A program made the position numbers and the translations under genes. This document shows, one piece after another, positions 35,426 to 46,592 of a stretch of DNA of 49,369 nucleotides. Below the pieces are notes generated by a model. It had not been told where the DNA came from. It saw nothing but the letters and a program-made list of their open reading frames with translations, and searched no databases. Location: NCBI GenBank assembly GCA_002256025.1, contig NKIB01013960.1, forward strand, positions 1 to 49,369. Reading direction: 5' to 3'. Each line of letters begins with the position of its first letter. Position 1 is the first letter of the stretch. This DNA comes from Asterionella formosa (Eukaryota).

Positions 35426-35719
35426 ATGTCATTAATAAGAAAGTATGAAATAATGATTCTTTTAACAGAAGAATTTAATGATAGTGAATTAAAAACTTGG
35501 GTATTTAATTATGCAAAAGGTTTAAGAAAATTTAATGTTTGTGATATCTCTGTTATTTCTCGAGGAAAACATAAATTAGCTTATTTAATTAATGATAAAG
35601 TAAAAGGCAATTACATTCAATTAAATTTTTCAAGTATGCCAAAATATATAAACGCATTTTTACAGACTTTAAAACTTGATTCAAAGGTTCTAAGATTTTT
35701 AGTTTTAAATAAAGAATAA
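35426..35719 (+). CDS. rps6: 30S ribosomal protein S6
   Basis: RKYEIMIL, GKHKLAYLI, KVLRFLV. Confidence 0.93.
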   Translation: MSLIRKYEIMILLTEEFNDSELKTWVFNYAKGLRKFNVCDISVISRGKHKLAYLINDKVKGNYIQLNFSSMPKYINAFLQTLKLDSKVLRFLVLNKE

Positions 35720-35723
35720 ATAT

Positions 35724-35752
35724 TTGCATTTAAAGAAAAGTTCTGGTAATAT
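35724..35752 (+). promoter_or_regulatory. Putative trnN-thiG promoter
   Basis: TTGCAT-N17-TAATAT with TGn extended -10. Confidence 0.5.
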
Positions 35753-35768
35753 GATACTAGTGATTATG

Positions 35769-35840
35769 TCCTCAGTAGCTCAGTGGTAGAGCAATCGGCT
35801 GTTAACCGATTGGCCGTAGGTTCAAGTCCTACCTGGGGAG
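35769..35840 (+). tRNA. trnN: tRNA-Asn(GUU)
   Basis: TCCTCAG/CTGGGGA acceptor, anticodon GTT. Confidence 0.97.
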
Positions 35841-35858
35841 TATTAAAAAAAATAAATT

Positions 35859-36665
35859 ATGATAAATAGTGTTGATAAATTAAAAATTGGTAATAAAGTT
35901 TTTAATTCTCGTTTAATGTTGGGAACAGGAAAATATAGAACTTTAACAGATGCAGTTGAAAGTGTCAAATCTAGTGAATGTGAAATTGTTACAGTTGCTA
36001 TTCGTCGATTACCAACAGATTTAAAATATGATAATACAAATTTTTTAAACTCTTTAGATTGGAATAAACTATGGTTACTTCCAAATACCGCAGGTTCCCA
36101 GACTGCTGAAGAAGCAATTAGAATGGCTTTTTTAGGTCATGAATTAGCATGTCAATTAGGTCAAGATGATAATTATTTTGTAAAATTGGAAGTAATTTCA
36201 GATCCCAAATATTTATTACCAGATCCAATTGGAACATTAAAAGCAGCTGAATTTTTAGTAAAAAAAGGATTTACTGTATTACCGTATATAAATGCTGATC
36301 CTATGCTTGCCTTACATCTTGAAGACTTAGGTTGTGCAACAGTAATGCCCTTAGGTTCTCCTATTGGTTCAGGCCAAGGTTTAAATAATTTAGCGAATAT
36401 TAAAATTATTATTGAAAATTCAAATATTCCTGTTATTGTTGATGCAGGAATTGGGGCCCCAAGTCAAGCAGCGTTAGCAATGGAATTAGGAGCTGATGGC
36501 GTATTATTAAATACGGCAGTTGCTCAATCAAAATTTCCAAGTCAAATGGCAACAGCCATGAAATTAGGCGTGAAATCTGGTCGATTAGGTTATTTAGCTG
36601 GTCAAATGGAAAAAAAATATTATGCAAACCCTAGTTCACCTGTTAATCAAATTAGCAAATTCTAA
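35859..36665 (+). CDS. thiG: Thiazole synthase ThiG
   Basis: [36 protein letters not shown]. Confidence 0.98.
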   Translation: MINSVDKLKIGNKVFNSRLMLGTGKYRTLTDAVESVKSSECEIVTVAIRRLPTDLKYDNTNFLNSLDWNKLWLLPNTAGSQTAEEAIRMAFLGHELACQLGQDDNYFVKLEVISDPKYLLPDPIGTLKAAEFLVKKGFTVLPYINADPMLALHLEDLGCATVMPLGSPIGSGQGLNNLANIKIIIENSNIPVIVDAGIGAPSQAALAMELGADGVLLNTAVAQSKFPSQMATAMKLGVKSGRLGYLAGQMEKKYYANPSSPVNQISKF

Positions 36666-36710
36666 AAATTAGTTTAGTCAAACCTCAAAATTTGACTAAA
36701 CTAATTTTTA
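36663..36710. terminator. Bidirectional hairpin between thiG and clpC/ORF55
   Basis: 20-bp perfect stem, 8-nt loop, starting at the thiG TAA. Confidence 0.8.
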
Positions 36711-36732
36711 TTTCATAATATATTTACTTAAA

Positions 36733-36900
36733 CTAAATGAAATAGCACATGTAAATATAATATAGGCAATAAAAAGCGATAATAGTATACCTTACAACTT
36801 TTATAATTAATAAAATCAATTGTTTATTTTGATTAATTCTTTTCTTAATACTTTTTATTTTTTCTCTAATTAGCTTTATTTTTTTTTTTATAACTTTCAT
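36733..36900 (-). CDS. Hypothetical 55-aa basic single-pass membrane protein (ORF55)
   Basis: ATG with GGAGG 10 nt upstream; Lys/Ile-rich N-half, hydrophobic/aromatic C-half. Confidence 0.45.
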   Translation of the reverse strand: MKVIKKKIKLIREKIKSIKKRINQNKQLILLIIKVVRYTIIAFYCLYYIYMCYFI

Positions 36901-36949
36901 TTTCTTTGTACCTCCATTTATTGTTTTTTTAATGTATTTTAATTTAGGA

Positions 36950-39900
36950 TTATCGAAACCGATTAAGAGTACCAAAAATAGCTGCACCAATTTTTTTGAT
37001 TAAAGCAAACCGATTTCTTTTTGGTTTACTCTCTTCAGTTTTTGGTGTATCAGTTTCCGGTTCTTCCTCTTTAGCTTCTTCTTCTGAAGCTAAAGGCTCA
37101 GTAATATTATCTTCTTCAGTAATATCATCAGACTCATCCTCTTCCTTATTTGAAGCTTCTATTAAACCCCTTAATTTCTCAACAACAATAGGAACACCTG
37201 CTATTAAGATAGTTTTGGCATTGTTATCTTCGACCTGTTTTTCTTCCACTTCTACATTTAAAAGTTTCTGATCTACTGCAGAAAAATCTATCTCAATCTT
37301 TAACTCATTTGTGTATGTTTCTGAGTCTCGATAATCATTTAAATCAGATTGATAAGTTAAATTTTCAATCGATAATTCCATACCACCACCTACGTTATTT
37401 CTTGACATTGTATCAGACATAGTGTTTAAATTTGTTAAGTTAATACTTGAATTTGTTATACTAGTAAGATCACTAATAGATTGTACGTTAATACTATCGT
37501 TATTAGCACTAATATTTTTTTTATAAAGCTCTACCGAACTTTCGGGATTCATTTCTTTTATCTCATTCTTTTTATCAGCTAAGGTCTTTCTATCAACTAT
37601 GATACGGGTTCGAGGATATAAAGTCTGCGAAAGACATTTTTCTGCTAACTCATCTTCTAAATAATGCATTATTGCACGACGTAACGGACGTGCACCATAT
37701 AATGGGTCATAACCTTCATCTGTTAATAAAGCTTGTACTGGTTTTCTAACAATTAAATTAATTTCTTTATCTTTTAATCGAGCAATTAATGATTTAATCA
37801 TTAAGTCACAAATTTCCCAAAGATCACGGCGTGTTAAATGACTAAAAACAATAATTTCATCAATACGATTTAAAAATTCTGGTCTAAAAAAGTTTTTTAG
37901 TTCATCATTAACTAATTTTTTTACTTTTTCTCTTATTTTTGAATCTTGTGCAACTTCTGGTGCTGGTTCCCAACCAAAAATACCTTCATTTGTAGTTAAT
38001 TTTAAACCCGATCCTTCTTGTTGTGATTTTGGTTTAATTCCACTTTCTCGTTCAATAACTTTTGAGCCTAAATTAGTAGTCATAACAATCAGTGTATTTG
38101 TGAAATCAATTAATCGACCTTTTGAATCTGTTAATCGACCATCATCTAAAATTTGTAATAATAAATTAAATACATCTGGATGTGCCTTTTCAACTTCATC
38201 AAGTAGTACAACTGAATAAGGTTGTGATCGTACTGCTTCGGTTAATTGACCCCCTTCATTGTAACCCACGTATCCCGGTGGTGAACCAATTAATTTTGCT
38301 ACTGTATGTTTCTCCATATATTCTGACATGTCTAATCTAATCATGCTCTCTTCACTACCAAACATATAATCTGAAAGTGCTTTAGTTAATTCTGTTTTTC
38401 CAACACCAGTAGGACCTGCAAAAATAAAACTTGCAATTGGTCGATTTGGATTTCTTAAACCTACTCTAGCACGACGAATAGCTTTTGAAACTGCAATAAC
38501 CGCATCTTCTTGACCAATAATTCTTTCATGTAAAATCTCTTCCATTTTTAATAATCTTTCTGATTCTGAACCTGAAATTTTTGTTACAGGAATACCAGTC
38601 CAGTTTGAAACCACATTTGCAACGTCATTTTCTAAAACCATATCTAAGTCACGACGGCTAATACCCCTCATTTCTTCTGTTAATGAAGACTGTTTCATAA
38701 TTCGCATATGTGTTCTAACTTCCATTTCATGATCTAAAAACTGTTTTGCAGAACCAAAATCATGTCTTTTAACAGCATCTTCTTTATCTCTAATTGCATT
38801 TTGTAATTCATGCATTAAACTTCTTAAGCCTATAGGCAAACGACGATTCTCTAATCTTACACGTGCACCAGATTCATCTAAAACGTCAATTGCTTTATCT
38901 GGTAAAAAACGATCAGCAATATATTTACTTGAAAGAATTGCTGCTTGTTCAATAGCATCATCATGATAACTCAATGTGTGATGACGTTCAAATTTGGATC
39001 TTAAACCACGAAGAATTTCAATTGTTGTTCCTACACTAGGTTCTGGTACATTTACGGGTTGGAAACGACGCTCTAAAGCAGGATCTCTTTCAATATATTT
39101 TCTATACTCATCATTTGTAGTTGCACCAATACAACGGAATTTGCCACGTGCTAAGGCTGGTTTTAATATATTTGCAGCATCAACAGCACCTTCTGCTGCA
39201 CCAGCCCCAACTAAAGTATGAATTTCATCAATTACAATAATAATAGCACTATCATTTTGAGCTTCTTCTACAATTCGTTTTAATCTTTCTTCAAATTCAC
39301 CTCGATATTTTGTACCAGCAAGAATTGAACCTAAATCTAAGGCCATAATTAAACTGCCATCTAGAAAATCTGGTACTTTTTCTGTTAAAATTAACTGAGC
39401 TAAACCTTCTGCCACTGCTGTTTTACCTACACCTGGTTCTCCGATTAAAACTGGATTATTCTTTGTTCGTCTTGCTAAAACAGCTATAACATCATCAATC
39501 TCTTTTTGTCTACCAATTACTGGATCTAAATTACCGTCTATAGCCTCTTTACTTATATTTTCAGCAAATTCATCTAATGTAGGTGTTTGGCTACCTTTTC
39601 TCTCACGTTCTAATAAGAATTTTTCTGCTTGTGTTAATGGTCGTAAAATCTCTTCTTGTGTTTCTTCAATGTAACTAAAAATTAGGTTTCGTAATTTATG
39701 GACATCCACACCAAGTTTATCTAATGTTCTCATAGCTACACCATCTGATTCAGCAATAAGAGCTAATAAGATGTGTTCGGTTCCAACAAAATTCTGACCA
39801 AGATCTTTTCCTTCATGTACAGCCATTTCTAAAACACGTTTTGCTCGAGGTGTAAAAGGAATTTCAGAAGCAACGAAACCTGTTCCTCTGCCAATATATA

Positions 39901-40093
39901 ATTCAATTTCTTTGCGAGCTTTTTTTAAAGTTACCTTAAGTTTTTTTAAGGCTTTTGCTCCGATTCCATGTCTTTGCCCTATAACGCCTAAAAGTAACTG
40001 CTCAGTACCAACGAAGTTGTGACCCATTCTTCTGGCCTCTTCTTGACTCAACATTATGACCTTTATTGCCCCTTCAGTAAATTTTTCAAACAT
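36950..40093 (-). CDS. clpC: ATP-dependent Clp chaperone ClpC (1047 aa, extended C-terminus)
   Basis: [22 protein letters not shown]; two AAA modules, GEPGVGKT and GPTGVGKT. Confidence 0.98.
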   Translation of the reverse strand: MFEKFTEGAIKVIMLSQEEARRMGHNFVGTEQLLLGVIGQRHGIGAKALKKLKVTLKKARKEIELYIGRGTGFVASEIPFTPRAKRVLEMAVHEGKDLGQNFVGTEHILLALIAESDGVAMRTLDKLGVDVHKLRNLIFSYIEETQEEILRPLTQAEKFLLERERKGSQTPTLDEFAENISKEAIDGNLDPVIGRQKEIDDVIAVLARRTKNNPVLIGEPGVGKTAVAEGLAQLILTEKVPDFLDGSLIMALDLGSILAGTKYRGEFEERLKRIVEEAQNDSAIIIVIDEIHTLVGAGAAEGAVDAANILKPALARGKFRCIGATTNDEYRKYIERDPALERRFQPVNVPEPSVGTTIEILRGLRSKFERHHTLSYHDDAIEQAAILSSKYIADRFLPDKAIDVLDESGARVRLENRRLPIGLRSLMHELQNAIRDKEDAVKRHDFGSAKQFLDHEMEVRTHMRIMKQSSLTEEMRGISRRDLDMVLENDVANVVSNWTGIPVTKISGSESERLLKMEEILHERIIGQEDAVIAVSKAIRRARVGLRNPNRPIASFIFAGPTGVGKTELTKALSDYMFGSEESMIRLDMSEYMEKHTVAKLIGSPPGYVGYNEGGQLTEAVRSQPYSVVLLDEVEKAHPDVFNLLLQILDDGRLTDSKGRLIDFTNTLIVMTTNLGSKVIERESGIKPKSQQEGSGLKLTTNEGIFGWEPAPEVAQDSKIREKVKKLVNDELKNFFRPEFLNRIDEIIVFSHLTRRDLWEICDLMIKSLIARLKDKEINLIVRKPVQALLTDEGYDPLYGARPLRRAIMHYLEDELAEKCLSQTLYPRTRIIVDRKTLADKKNEIKEMNPESSVELYKKNISANNDSINVQSISDLTSITNSSINLTNLNTMSDTMSRNNVGGGMELSIENLTYQSDLNDYRDSETYTNELKIEIDFSAVDQKLLNVEVEEKQVEDNNAKTILIAGVPIVVEKLRGLIEASNKEEDESDDITEEDNITEPLASEEEAKEEEPETDTPKTEESKPKRNRFALIKKIGAAIFGTLNRFR

Positions 40094-40139
40094 AATTCTA
40101 ACCTTATTAACTAATGTTTATTTATTAATAGATAAATAT

Positions 40140-40256
40140 GTAACGTTACTGACTAATGGCTTTTTCTACCTTCGCTTGACGCGTAACCCTATATATTTGC
40201 AAAAAAAGCCAAACGAAGGTATTAACAAGTAGTTTTCTCGCAAGCGTCCTTGCTTA
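40140..40256 (-). promoter_or_regulatory. Putative structured clpC 5' leader
   Basis: GC-enriched; alternative 14-bp and 13-bp helices with G-U pairs on the minus strand; 5' hairpin GCAAG-GACG-CUUGC. Confidence 0.5.
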
Positions 40257-40262
40257 ACTTAT

Positions 40263-40325
40263 ATTATACATCATTAAACTAAATTTGTACACATTTATTT
40301 TTATTTTTATCAAAGTTTTTTTTTT
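40263..40325. repeat. Inverted-repeat end, copy B, carrying the same promoter-like sequence facing clpC
   Basis: Exact reverse complement of 1..63; minus-strand TATAAT at 40263-40268. Confidence 0.9.
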
Positions 40326-40421
40326 TGTTAAAAAATAACAAATATTTGTTTAATTCCCTATTTTTATAAGTTTATTTTACAATTCATATTATAATCAATT
40401 TGAAAAGACTATTTATTTTTA

Positions 40422-40492
40422 GGTGGCATGGCCAAGTGGTAAGGCAGTGGATTGCAAATCCTCGACCCCCAGTTCGAATCTGGGTGCCGCCT
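40422..40492 (+). tRNA. trnC: tRNA-Cys(GCA)
   Basis: GGTGGCA/TGCCGCC acceptor, anticodon GCA, U73. Confidence 0.95.
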
Positions 40493-40512
40493 TATTAAAA
40501 TATTCTATAATC

Positions 40513-40541
40513 TTGACATTTAAGTAAAATAATTTTACTAT
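40513..40541 (+). promoter_or_regulatory. Putative trnL(UAA) promoter
   Basis: TTGACA-N17-TACTAT. Confidence 0.55.
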
Positions 40542-40561
40542 TAATAAGTATAAAACCTAAT

Positions 40562-40647
40562 GGGAATGTGGTGGAATCGGTAGACACGACGGACTTAAAA
40601 TCCGTTGCTTAGTGATAGGCTTGAGGGTTCAAGTCCCTCCGTTCTCA
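40562..40647 (+). tRNA. trnL: tRNA-Leu(UAA), intronless
   Basis: ACGGA-CTTAAAA-TCCGT anticodon arm, long variable arm. Confidence 0.95.
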
Positions 40648-41048
40648 ATTGAAATTTTGGGTAATTATAAGAACTCCAAAAATCTTAGATAAACCATTTA
40701 AATAAACTGAAACGAAAAAGAGCTGCCTTAATTAAAATAAGCCTCAAGAAGAGCTAATATAGAGTTCAAGTTTCAGGTTTATCTAATAATTTTTTACAAA
40801 TTTATCCAATCACTAATTCATATTATATAGAATCTAGGAAAATTAAATAATTTAAACTTAACCATCTAGTCTTAAATATTTGGCCAAAAGAAATATATTA
40901 AAAAATACTTCCCTATAGGATTATAGAGTTTCTTTTTTCCTTGAATTATTAAAGCTTAATAATTCTCTAATCATCTATTTCCCAACCAATTTTCTAAAAG
41001 AATCCAAAGAAAAATGTCTCAATATAAAAAAGATGAAGAAGTTTGTCT

Positions 41049-41072
41049 AAATGTTAAATTAATTTAACATTT
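41049..41072. terminator. 24-bp palindrome downstream of psaC
   Basis: aaatgttaaatt|aatttaacattt. Confidence 0.6.
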
Positions 41073-41112
41073 GTATTTTACTAAATATCTTGACCATAAT
41101 AATTTGTTTAAA

Positions 41113-41370
<258 letters not shown>

Positions 41371-41481
41371 TTATTTTAAAAGTCAATCCGTTAATCTTGT
41401 AGAAAGTTCTTAAGAGTTTTACGTATAAAATAAATACTTAAAATAGGAAAGAAACTTAATCCAAGATAATCTAATTTAAAA

Positions 41482-41592
41482 TTAACGTGATAAACGTTGA
41501 ATTTGTTGAACAAGTAAACGACCGATGTTAAATAAAGCCCATGATGCTGCTACTAAAATTGGCGCAGCGATTACTAATAAACGAGTATCCAT
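41482..41592 (-). CDS. psbY: Photosystem II PsbY (36 aa)
   Basis: Hand translation [36 protein letters not shown]. Confidence 0.96.
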   Translation of the reverse strand: MDTRLLVIAAPILVAASWALFNIGRLLVQQIQRLSR

Positions 41593-41710
41593 AACCTATA
41601 TCATAATCCCTTAAAAATATTTAATAATCTAGAATTATTAGCAGTACACACTATAATTATATATTAAATACTGAATAAATAAGAACTATTTTTAATAGTG
41701 TATTTCTAAA

Positions 41711-41835
41711 ACTTTGGCATTGAACTATCTTTCCAGGAGGTCCCCCTCCAAGTATTGTCGCCGGTCTATAACGTTTCACAACTGAGTTCGGGATGGATCA
41801 GTGTGGTTCCGCAAGTACACTAAAAACACCAAAGC
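41711..41835 (-). rRNA. rrn5: 5S rRNA (ends approximate)
   Basis: GGAACCACACTGATCCATCCCGAACTCAG core; terminal helix CTTTGG/CCAAAG. Confidence 0.93.
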
Positions 41836-41841
41836 AAAAAT

Positions 41842-41875
41842 CTTTATAATTAGCTGATAACAGCTAATTATAAAG
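41842..41875. repeat. 15-bp stem-loop in the 23S-5S spacer
   Basis: ctttataattagctg-ataa-cagctaattataaag. Confidence 0.8.
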
Positions 41876-41887
41876 GTATATTATAAA

Positions 41888-42015
41888 ATTCAAGTCCTCG
41901 GTCTGTTAGCACATCTTAGCTCATATATTACTATATTTATACTTAATGCCTATCAAACGGTTAGTCTTACCGTGACCTTACTCACTTACGTGATGAGAAT
42001 ACTCATCTTGAGGTG

Positions 42016-42049
<34 letters not shown>

Positions 42050-42173
42050 CTCCATACATAGCTACCCAGCGTTTACCGTTGGCACGATAACTGGTACACC
42101 AGAGGTATGTCCTTCTCGGTCCTCTCGTACTAAAGAAGGCTCCTCTCAATATTCTAACGCCTACACCGGATAT

Positions 42174-42221
<48 letters not shown>

Positions 42222-42257
42222 CATGGGCGAACAGCCCAACCCTTGGGACGTACTACC

Positions 42258-42326
<69 letters not shown>

Positions 42327-42516
42327 CAGCCTGTTATCCCTAGAGTAACTTTTATCCGTTGAGTGACGGCCTTTCCACTCAGCACCGTCAGATCACTAAG
42401 ACCGACTTTCGTCCCTGCTCGACTTGTAAGTCTCACAGTCAAGCTTCCTTTTGCCTTTACACTCTAGATACGATTTCTACCCGTTCAGAGGAAACCTTTG
42501 TGCGCCTCCGTTACCA

Positions 42517-42554
<38 letters not shown>

Positions 42555-42806
42555 AACTGTCCTTTGACCAGATAATGATACAAAGTTAGAAATCTAACAT
42601 TATAGGAGTGGTATCTCACTGATGGCTCCAGTATTCCCGCAAGAATATTTTCAACGCCTCCCACCTATACTGCGCAGATAAAGTCCAATTTCAATTTCAA
42701 GTTACAGTAAAGCTTCATAGGGTCTTTCTGTCCTGGTGCAGGTAGTCCGCATCTTCACAGACAAGTCTATTTCACCGAGCCCCTCTCTGAGACAGCATCC
42801 AAATCA

Positions 42807-42889
<83 letters not shown>

Positions 42890-43660
42890 AGGGCTTCAGT
42901 TATCAGCTTCGCAAATGCTAACCAACTTCTTTAACCTTCTGGCACTGGGCAGGCGTCAGCCCCCATACATCGTCTTACGACTTAGCGGAGACCTGTGTTT
43001 TTGATAAACAGTTGCTTGGATCTTGTTATTGCAACCTTAATAAAAAGGCACTCCTTCTCCCGAAGTTACGGAGCTATTTTGCCGAGTTCCTTAGAGAGAG
43101 TTATCTCGCGCCCCTTAGTATACTCTACCTACCCACCTGTGTCGGTTATGGTACAGGCATTATTTATTTATGACAGTGCGAGCTTTTCTTGGAAGTATGA
43201 CATACACTGCTTCAACGCCGTAGCATCTCGTCGTCATGTCTCAGCTCAAAACGTTTTCGCCGTTTCTCATAACCTTGAACACTTAAACCGGTAACCAATA
43301 TCCGGCCAGCTTAGCCTTCTCCGTCCCTCGATATCAATAAATAATGGTACGGGAATATTAACCCGTTATCCATCGACTACGCTTTTCAGCCTCGCCTTAG
43401 GCCCTGACTTACCCTCCGCGGACGAGCCTTCCGGAGGAAACCTTGGGTTTTCGGGGTATAGGATTCTCACCTATATTTTCGTTACTCAAGCCGACATTCT
43501 CACTTCTGCTTCGTTCATACCCGCTTACGCTAATACTTCAACCTACAACAGAACGCTCCCCTACCGATATATAATAAATATATATCGCACAGTTTCGGCA
43601 AATTACTTAGTCCCGTACATTTTCGGCGCAGGTTTACTCGATCAGTGAGCTATTACGCAC

Positions 43661-43696
<36 letters not shown>

Positions 43697-44260
43697 ATTG
43701 TCTATGCACTCCCACCTCCTTTATCACTTAGTAATTATTTAGGGGCCTTAACTGGTGCTCTGGGCTGTTTCCCTCTTGACAATGAAGCTTATCCCCCACA
43801 GTCTCACTGATAAACTGTACACTTAGTATTCTTAGTTTGCAACGATTTGGTACCGAATTACCAGCCCGCATACGTAACAGTGCTTTACCCCTAAGTTTAA
43901 ACATTTATCGCTGCGCCTAAACGCATTTCGGGGAGAACCAGCTAGCTCCGGATTCGATTGGCATTTCACCCCTAACCACAATTCATCCGCTGATTTTTCA
44001 ACATCAGTCGGTTCGGTCCTCCACTTAGTATTACCTAAGCTTCAACCTGACCATGGTTAGATCATCCGGGTTCGGGTCTATAACCAGTGACATACGCCCT
44101 ATTCAGGCTCGCTTTCACTATGGCTTCAGCATTCTCTGCTTTAACCTGCCACTACTTATAAGTCGCCGGCTCATTCTTCAACAGGCACGCAGTCAGACGT
44201 TTTAGTCGTCCTTCTACTGTTTGTAAGTTTATGGTTTCATGTTCTTTTCACTCCCCTCCC

Positions 44261-44291
<31 letters not shown>

Positions 44292-44516
44292 ATTTCACTA
44301 TCGGTCATTCAGGAATATTTAGCCTTACGAGGTGGTCCTCGCAGATTCACACGGGATTTCACGTGCCCCATGCTACTTGGGATTCAATTTGATTGTTTCA
44401 ATTTTCGACTACAAGACTATCACTTTCTATGGTTAGGGATTCCAACCTATTCGTCTAATTGTTACATTTAATCATTTGTAATTGTCCCGCTACCCTTAAA
44501 ATTAAGTTTAGGCTTC

Positions 44517-44548
<32 letters not shown>

Positions 44549-44765
44549 TTTTTACTTTCTATTCCTCTAGGTACTAAGATGTTTCAATTCCCTAGGTTTG
44601 CTCTTTCTTATTTATGTATTCAATAAGTAGTTTTTGAGTTGCCTCATTCGGACACCTCCGGATCTTAGCTTGTTTCCAGCTCCCCGAAGCGTTTCGTCGG
44701 TAGCCACGTCCTTCATCGCTTCTGAATGCCAAGGTATCCCCCATAAACTCTTAATTCCTTGAATT
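41888..44765 (-). rRNA. rrn23: 23S rRNA (ends approximate, no intron)
   Basis: Sarcin-ricin loop AGTACGAGAGGACC and peptidyl-transferase motifs on the minus strand; about 2.88 kb. Confidence 0.97.
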
Positions 44766-44817
44766 TAAGGTTTATTTATACAAAGTAAATTAACGTTTTA
44801 ATCCGATAATTTTGATG

Positions 44818-44890
44818 TGGAGGTAAGCGGATTCGAACCGCTGACAACCGCCGTGCAAAGGCGGTGCTCTACCAACTGAGCTATACCCCC
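44818..44890 (-). tRNA. trnA: tRNA-Ala(UGC)
   Basis: GGGGGTATAGCTCAG..., anticodon TGC, G3-U70, in the rRNA spacer. Confidence 0.97.
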
Positions 44891-44892
44891 GT

Positions 44893-44923
<31 letters not shown>

Positions 44924-44966
44924 GCCCTTATCAGGGGCGCGCTCTAACCAACTGAGCTAATAGCCC
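44893..44966 (-). tRNA. trnI: tRNA-Ile(GAU)
   Basis: GGGCTATTAGCTCAG..., anticodon GAT, in the rRNA spacer. Confidence 0.97.
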
Positions 44967-45005
44967 TTTTTATTTTAATTTATTAATCGACATATTATCT
45001 TTTTT

Positions 45006-45128
45006 AAAGGAGGTGATCCAACCGCACCTTCCAGTACGGTTACCTTGTTACGACTTCACCCCAGTCACTAATTCTACCTTAGGCGTCCTCCCCCAAATGG
45101 TTAGAGTAACGACTTCGGGCATAACCAG

Positions 45129-45170
<42 letters not shown>

Positions 45171-45421
45171 GATTCACCGCTGTATAGCTGACCAGCGATT
45201 ACTAGCGATTCCAACTTCATGCAGGCGAGTTGCAGCCTGCAATCCGAACTTAGAACGAGTTTATAGATTAGCTAGCCTTCGCAGGTTTGCATCTCATTGT
45301 CTCGCCCATTGTAGCACGTGTGTAGCCCAGGGTGTAAGGGGCATGCTGACTTGACGTCATCCCCGCCTTCCTCCGGTTTATAACCGGCAGTCTTTTTAGA
45401 GTTCCAAAAGGCAACTAAAAA

Positions 45422-45487
<66 letters not shown>

Positions 45488-45572
45488 CCACCTGTGTATA
45501 CGTTCCAAAAGGCACTTTCTTCTTTCAAAGAAATTCGTATCATGTCAAACCCTGGTAAGGTTCTTCGCGTTG

Positions 45573-45634
<62 letters not shown>

Positions 45635-46241
45635 CCCTTGCGAGCATACTTCCCAGGCGGGATACTTAACGCGTTAGCTTTGATACTGCGCAGGTCGATC
45701 TGTTCAACATCTAGTATCCATGGTTTACAGCTAGGACTACTGGGGTATCTAATCCCATTTGCTACCCTAGCTTTCGTCTCTGAGTGTCAGTAATAGCCCA
45801 GTAAAGTGCCTTCGCCATCGGTGTTCTTTCCAATATCTACGCATTTCACCGCTCCACTGGAAATTCCCTTTACCCCTACTATACTCTAGTCTAATAGTTT
45901 CGACTGCGATTTTGAGGTTAAGCCTCAAGATTTAACAGTTGACTTATTAAACCACCTACAGACGCTTTACGCCCAGTGATTCCGGATAACACTTGCATCC
46001 TCCGTCTTACCGCGGCTGCTGGCACGGAGTTAGCCGATGCTTATTCTTCAGGTACACGTCATTGTGTTCCTCCCTGAAAAAAGAGGTTTACAACCCATAG
46101 GCAGTCATCCCTCACGCGGTATTGCTCCGTCAGGCTTTCGCCCATTGCGGAAAATTCCCTACTGCTGCCTCCCGTAGGAGTCTGGACCGTGTCTCAGTTC
46201 CAGTGTGTCTGATCGTCCTCTCAAACCAGATACTGATCGTC

Positions 46242-46273
<32 letters not shown>

Positions 46274-46445
46274 AATCAGCCGCAAGCTTCTCTTTAGGCG
46301 GAAATCCATTTCACTCGAAAGCATATGGGGTATTAGCAACCGTTTCCAGTTGTTATCCCCCTCCTAAAGGCAAATTCTTACGTGTTACTCACCCGTCCGC
46401 CACTTGAGTTAAAAACTCCCGTACGACTTGCATGTATAAGGCATA

Positions 46446-46481
<36 letters not shown>

Positions 46482-46485
46482 TTAA
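45006..46485 (-). rRNA. rrn16: 16S rRNA (ends approximate)
   Basis: AGAGTTTGATCCTGGCTCAG near the 5' end, GTGCCAGCAGCCGCGG, anti-SD GATCACCTCCTT at the 3' end. Confidence 0.98.
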
Positions 46486-46592
46486 AATTTCCTTGAATTT
46501 AATTTTTGTGAATTATTTTGTTCGAGTTTTGTCTACGAAGCTAAGTAGTAGGCTACCAATGGATACCTTACGTTTATATCCAGTTTAATATA

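Noticed and set aside
36901..36990. 85-aa version of ORF55 starting at a TTG inside clpC
   Set aside because: Non-ATG start overlapping clpC; the SD supports ATG 36900 instead
40704..40776. Faint resemblance to the 3' half of the trnL(UAA) group I intron (gagctgccttaa ... atagagttca) or to a hammerhead core
   Set aside because: No P7 pairing or R element, the trnL gene is intact and intronless, and there is no CUGANGA core; most likely chance
42036..46588. ORFs of 61-113 aa within the rRNA operon (42036, 42359, 42736, 42995, 45013, 45483, 46122, 46382)
   Set aside because: They overlap 23S/16S rRNA; spurious frames from GC-richer rDNA
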